Positions 58,452 to 64,000 of a DNA stretch of 64,000 bases are shown piece by piece. The notes under the pieces were generated by a model. It ran no database searches. It was not told the origin of the DNA and was given only the letters and a program-made list of their open reading frames with translations. A program made the translations under genes and the position numbers. This DNA comes from Octopus bimaculoides (Eukaryota). Where the stretch lies: NCBI RefSeq assembly GCF_001194135.2, contig NC_068984.1:130545161-130609160 (forward strand), given 5' to 3'. How positions within the stretch are numbered: position 1 is the stretch's first letter; each line of letters opens with the position of its first letter.

Positions 58452-59425
58452 AGAAGAGGAAGAAGAAGATGAAGAAGAAGAAACAAGAAATGAAAATACT
58501 CTCCAGGTTTGTTTATGATTTTGGTGAAGACCCACACCTAAAATGTTGAAATATTGTGTAGGGGACCAAATTTCATTAAGGATCAAATTCTTGTTGAAAC
58601 TGTAATGTAGAAAGCAAAGCCATTAAGAAGTGAGAGTTATGGGTGCTATCATAAAAGAACTGTCATACGAGAACATGCTAAAAGGGGTGATTAATGGGGT
58701 GGATTTTATGTTCAGTAAATTTTTTGCTTACTTACTTTCTTTTTTAATGCATCATGCAACATGCACACACACATATGCATACACACATTTGTACACTATG
58801 ATTAAGCAGTGGTGATGATGATGATGATGATGGCGACGGTGATAATAGTGATGGAGACGGTGGTGACGTCGGTGGTGCTAGTGTTGATGAGGGTNNNNNN
58901 NNNNNNNNNNNNNNNNNNNNNNNNNNNNNNNNNNNNNNNNNNNNNNNNNNNNNNNNNNNNNNNNNNNNNNNNNNNNNNNNNNNNNNNNNNNNNNNNNNNN
59001 NNNNNNNNNNNNNNNNNNNNNNNNNNNNNNNNNNNNNNNNNNNNNNNNNNNNNNNNNNNNNNNNNNNNNNNNNNNNNNNNNNNNNNNNNNNNNNNNNNNN
59101 NNNNNNNNNNNNNNNNNNNNNNNNNNNNNNNNNNNNNNNNNNNNNNNNNNNNNNNNNNNNNNNNNNNNNNNNNNNNNNNNNNNNNNNNNNNNNNNNNNNN
59201 NNNNNNNNNNNNNNNNNNNNNNNNNATTAGAAGTGCAACAAGGAGATAAATGCAAGGAAGTCGAAGATACCCACCACCACTACCACCGCCGCCACCACCA
59301 CCACCACAAAAAGAAATATTAAAAAAAAACTGCTTCAACCGCTGAAGCATGACTCCCTACAGGAGACAAAATCTCCCCTTGAACTGTTTTACAGTTGTAA
59401 ATTAGTTACCACATAGCAGGGCGTA

Positions 59426-59480
<55 letters not shown>

Positions 59481-60068
59481 GTAATAATAATGATAATAAT
59501 AATAAAGTGTGGTTGTTACTGCACCACATGTGTAGTGTATGTGGTGTGGATATGCTCTACAGAACATAACACTGCACTGGCAAATGTCTCGGTGCCCCAC
59601 CCCCGCCTTCCAACCCCCTGCCTCTCTAGAATGAGAAACCAGCTTGATGGCTTCTTGAAATAAGCACTTTTAAATAGAGGTGTACAAGGGCTTAAAGCGG
59701 GTAGACTGGGGAAAAGCCTACTGATACTCTGATGGGAGGTTGAATGCCACAAGTAATCATTACTTAATCCATGGTCATGTTGACAAAAGTAGGGTTGGTA
59801 TTGGCGCTGTTTAGAACCTGTCCCAGACAGGTTTTGATCGAGTAGATTTAAATTTAGGGTTAGGGTTAGGTATTCCGGTCTTGGCCATTCTGTCTATTTT
59901 AGAGTTATGCACAACACAGGTATGGCTGTATGGTTAAGAAGCTTGCTTTGCAACCATGTGGTTTTGAGTTCAGTCCCACTGCGTGGTGCCTTGGGCAAGT
60001 GTCTTCTACTATAGCCCCAGGCTGATCAATGGCTTGTGAGAAAATTTGGTAGATGGAAACTGTGTAGA

Positions 60069-60286
60069 GGCAAGCTGGCAGAAAAGTTAGAACACTGGGC
60101 AAAATGCTTAGCAGTATTTCGTCTACCGTTACGTTCTGAGTTCAAATTCTGCTGAGGTCGATTTTGCCTTTCATCCTTTCGGGGTCGATAAATTAAGTAC
60201 CAGTTATGTACTGGGGTTGATGTAATCAACTTAATCCCCTTGTTTGTCCCCTCTATGTTTAGCCTCTTGTGGGTAATAAAGAAATA
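60069..60286 (+). mobile_element. SINE family B nested in a family A core (59915-60470)
   Basis: 14-bp TSD GGAAACTGTGT(A/G)GA at 60055-60068 and 60287-60300. Confidence 0.88.
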
Positions 60287-61570
60287 GGAAACTGTGTGGA
60301 GGCCCATCATTTATTATATACATGTGTGTGTGTTTGTGTGTGTGTGTGTATCTATTTGTGTCTGTTTGTCCCCCATCTTCCACCGATTGAAAACCAGTGT
60401 TGATTTGTTTTCAGTCCTAAGAGAAGAGACCAATAGAATGAGTAAGAGACTTAAAGAATAAATACTGGGGATTTTAACCAAAACTCTTGAAGGCAATGTT
60501 CCAGCATAGCCATAGTCCAATGATAGTGTGTTTGTGTGTGAGACAGAGAGAGATGGAGGACAGACAGACAAACAGAAAGAAAAAATGCAGGGCAGAATGT
60601 AAATTTGGTGTGACAGAATAGCAGAAATATGGACAGTCTTGAGTGACCAAGACTTGAGAAGTTCCTTACTTTCTTTCCTGTTAGCTTGTTTGCTTGTATT
60701 ATATGGATCAACCAAAATGCTTGGACACTGACTTAAGGACTTTACAACTTGTAAGGAATTAAAAATATTTCTTTGGTGACCAGAAATGTGGCACGAATGA
60801 ATTCAGAGACCTGATCTTCAACACTGCCAATACTGTTGTTAACAATTCTCTCTATGATAGGCACAAGACTTGAAATTTTGATGGGAGAAGTTTGGTTGAT
60901 TACATCAACCCCAGTACTTAACTAGTACTTATTTTCATCAACATTGAAAGGATGAAAGGCAAAGATATATATATACAATAGGCTTCTTTCAGTTTCCATC
61001 TACCAAATCCATTCACAAGGCTTTAGTTGGTCCAGAGCTATAACAGAAAACACTGCTTCAAGGTGACATGCAGTGGGACTAAACCTGAAACCATGTGGTT
61101 GGGAAGCAAACATCTTACTTATTCTATTGACCCTGAAAGGATGAAAGGCAAGAATTTGATCTAATCAGGATTTGAACTCACAATGTAAAGAGACCAAAGT
61201 ACTCAAAAGGCATTTTGGTCATCTCATTATTCTACCAATCCACATACACACACACATTACTAAACAGATGCATGTAAGATTACACATAAAGATAATTTAA
61301 TTTTTAAAGAATTAAAAAAATAAAATAAATGTTGGGGAAAAAAGAAAAATTGCTGAATGATATCCTGTTTTAGACTTCAGAAGTGCTAACTGATACCCTA
61401 TTAGATACCCCTAATATGCCTATTAAATAGAATATTTTCTCTGAAGTGAGATACTCTGCCCTAAAATGATGTAGCTTTTTCTTTTTTTATATATTTGCCA
61501 TAAGCTAATTAACCAAAGATATATATACTAGTTGCTTTAGCCCACCCACCCATATATATATATATCTCTT

Positions 61571-61607
<37 letters not shown>

Positions 61608-61649
61608 NNNNNNNNNNNNNNNNNNNNNNNNNNNNNNNNNNNNNNNNNN

Positions 61650-61680
<31 letters not shown>

Positions 61681-62262
61681 TGCTCTCTCTCTCTCTCTCT
61701 CTCTAGATATATATATCCATTGCTCTCTCTCTATATATATATCTTTATCTCTCTCTTTCTATCTCTCTCTCTCCATCATTACTCCTCTTCCAGACCCAGC
61801 CTTCATCTTATCGAACAACCAATACCTTTTACCATCAACTTGTACCCTTATCTTTTTCCTCCTTTGCCATCAAAACCATTTTTCACTCCACCACAACACC
61901 AATGCCACCGACACTACCAACTCCACCACCACCACCATCACCAACATCTCCACTATCAACACCACCACCACAAGACCACTAACACTACCACCAACACCAA
62001 CACCAACACCGCTGCCACCACCAACATCACAATCTGAACAGCCCTCCAAGTTGCTATACAACAGAAAAATGTAGTAATACTCTTCCTTCTTTTCCAGCCT
62101 TTTATTATCCGAAGGGAATAGTTGGGAGAAAGGGTGGAGTTAAAGTGGTACCCAAGGTGGTACTGCCAGGGGTTTACATGATAAATCAAAGAGAACACTA
62201 AGAAGGTGTGAAAAATGTTCGTAGTGGAAGTAGATTGATGGTATAGGAGGTAGGAATGATGG

Positions 62263-62298
<36 letters not shown>

Positions 62299-64000
62299 AG
62301 GCAGCATGTATTGTTTCAGCCTTACTGCACATATATAAAAACACACAAATGCATACATATTCACACATTCACATACATACATATATATACACACAAACAC
62401 ACACACACACACACAGTTTGATCCCCCACCACGGTATCCCAACGAAGTTTAGGAGCAGGGACGGGTTAAGCACGCTTTAAACAAAGACAAAAATATCCGT
62501 CTGTCATGACCACCACCACCGCCACCACTACCATCATCATCAACACCACCACCACCACCACCACCACCACTACCCTCATCAACACCACCACCACCACCAG
62601 TAAGAAAAGGAAACAAGTAAGAAAAGGAAACAAGTAAGAAAAGGAAACAAGTAAGAAAAGGAAACAAGAGTCAGGGAGAAATAGGGGAGAGAGAGAATGA
62701 GAGAGGGAAAACTGGAGAGAGAAAGGTAGAGGAAAGAGAGGGAGAGAGAGAGAGATTAGGATATTGATCTGTATTGAAGATATGATATTAATAGAAGCCG
62801 GAGTCAGAATCAAAAATAGAAGTTCAGCAGAGAACTACAATGTTTTACGACAAAACCATTTTACAAGTGTTCAGAGAGCCATTGACGAGGGAACAATACA
62901 ATACAGAACAGAACAGACCTTAACGGTCAATAATTGCACAGAAACTGATGGACTGGAGGTGTGGATGGACTCGACAGACAGTGAGAGAGTGTGCACATGC
63001 GTACATGCATGTGTGCATGTGTGTGGTTGTACATAGTATGGGAATAGAGCAGTAGGCATAGGTGTGTGTAAATAAGTATAGTGTAGAGAGACAGCGTGCA
63101 CAGATACTGTTTCTGAAGATAGTGTGTGAGTGTATATATATATACATATNNNNNNNNNNNNNNNNNNNNNNNNNNNNNNNNNNNNNNNNNNNNNNNNNNN
63201 NNNNNNNNNNNNNNNNNNNNNNNNNNNNNNNNNNNNNNNNNNNNNNNNNTTCAAAAATTGATTGCTGGCATTGAACCCTAAAATGGACCAGTGTTCTTTT
63301 CAGCAGCTTGGTTACTTATATGCCATGGAAAACAGGAAATGGCCCCATGAGACCTTCAGCTGCCCCAACTTGGCCTCAGCCTCTGGCTGACACCAATAAA
63401 ACACTATATTATTTGGCGTTATGTAATATTCTGTCTTATGTATACGCTGCTGTTTTAATTGCTAAGCAGCAAGTCAACCACAATCCAACTATCTAATGAT
63501 CAAAGACACTCCATCCTTGACCAATCCGTCCTTTTAGAAACACCAATTCATACCGATATCATCACCATTATCATCATCATCATCATCCTTTTATATCCTC
63601 TTTCCATGCTGAAATCTATTACAGTATCACCCCTATATGAGTATCATGTGAAATTGAATAAATGTGACTCCTTCACACTTTTGTACTAAGAATCCGGGAG
63701 ATATTTTATCCTTTTATCATTTCTTTTTAACATACAGGTATAATATTACTCACACCAATTTTGACCCTTACTTGAATTTATTTTATCATCCCCTGAAGGA
63801 GAAAAACAAGGAGGATTTGAACTCAGATGTAAAGAACCATAATCAATTATCACTTGTTTTGTTAGATATCCCACTGAATTTCACATCCACTTGCCATATA
63901 GATGTTTTGTCATCATCGTCATCATCATCATCATTTAACGTCCACTTTTTCATGCTTGCATGGGTCAGATGGATTTTGTTGAAATGAATTTTCTATGGCT

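Noticed and set aside
62764-63036. 90-aa plus-strand ORF in unique sequence
   Set aside because: It starts at a non-ATG codon, runs into a (TG) microsatellite, and has no recognisable homology or splice context.
121-63987. Most ORFs in the supplied track (His/Thr, Val/Cys, poly-Met/Ile/Ser, and N-spanning ORFs)
   Set aside because: They are translations of microsatellites, SINE copies or N gaps, with no domain-like content.

Overview
Repeat-rich, AT-rich eukaryotic genomic DNA, most likely an octopus/coleoid cephalopod (inferred from the SINE complement and microsatellite density), with several N gaps. The only protein-coding sequence I can support is part of one minus-strand gene. Seven GT-AG exons (39593-39679, 16586-16647, 16095-16219, 14780-14855, 14023-14076, 12694-12779, 10762-10921) splice in phase into 216 full codons matching the BAR domain of ASAP-family Arf-GAPs. 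I did not find the N-terminal exons or the PH/ArfGAP/ankyrin/SH3 exons; they lie outside the window or in gaps. The rest is intron: at least five tRNA-type SINE/short retroposon families (many with TSDs, often nested), hAT, piggyBac and mariner MITEs, decayed L1/Tx1, HERO-like and RTE LINE ends, and mini/microsatellites. Nearly all ORF-track entries are repeat artefacts. The most notable observations are an inverted pair of decayed type-I hammerhead-like motifs in an ASAP intron, a perfect 50+22 bp palindrome split by a retroposon next to an exon, a SINE concatemer inside one TSD pair, an iterated compact pseudoknot-like module in one retroposon family, several intronic dsRNA-forming inverted repeats, and a candidate in-frame cassette exon after the BAR domain. 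I found no clear evidence of a wholly new biological system.
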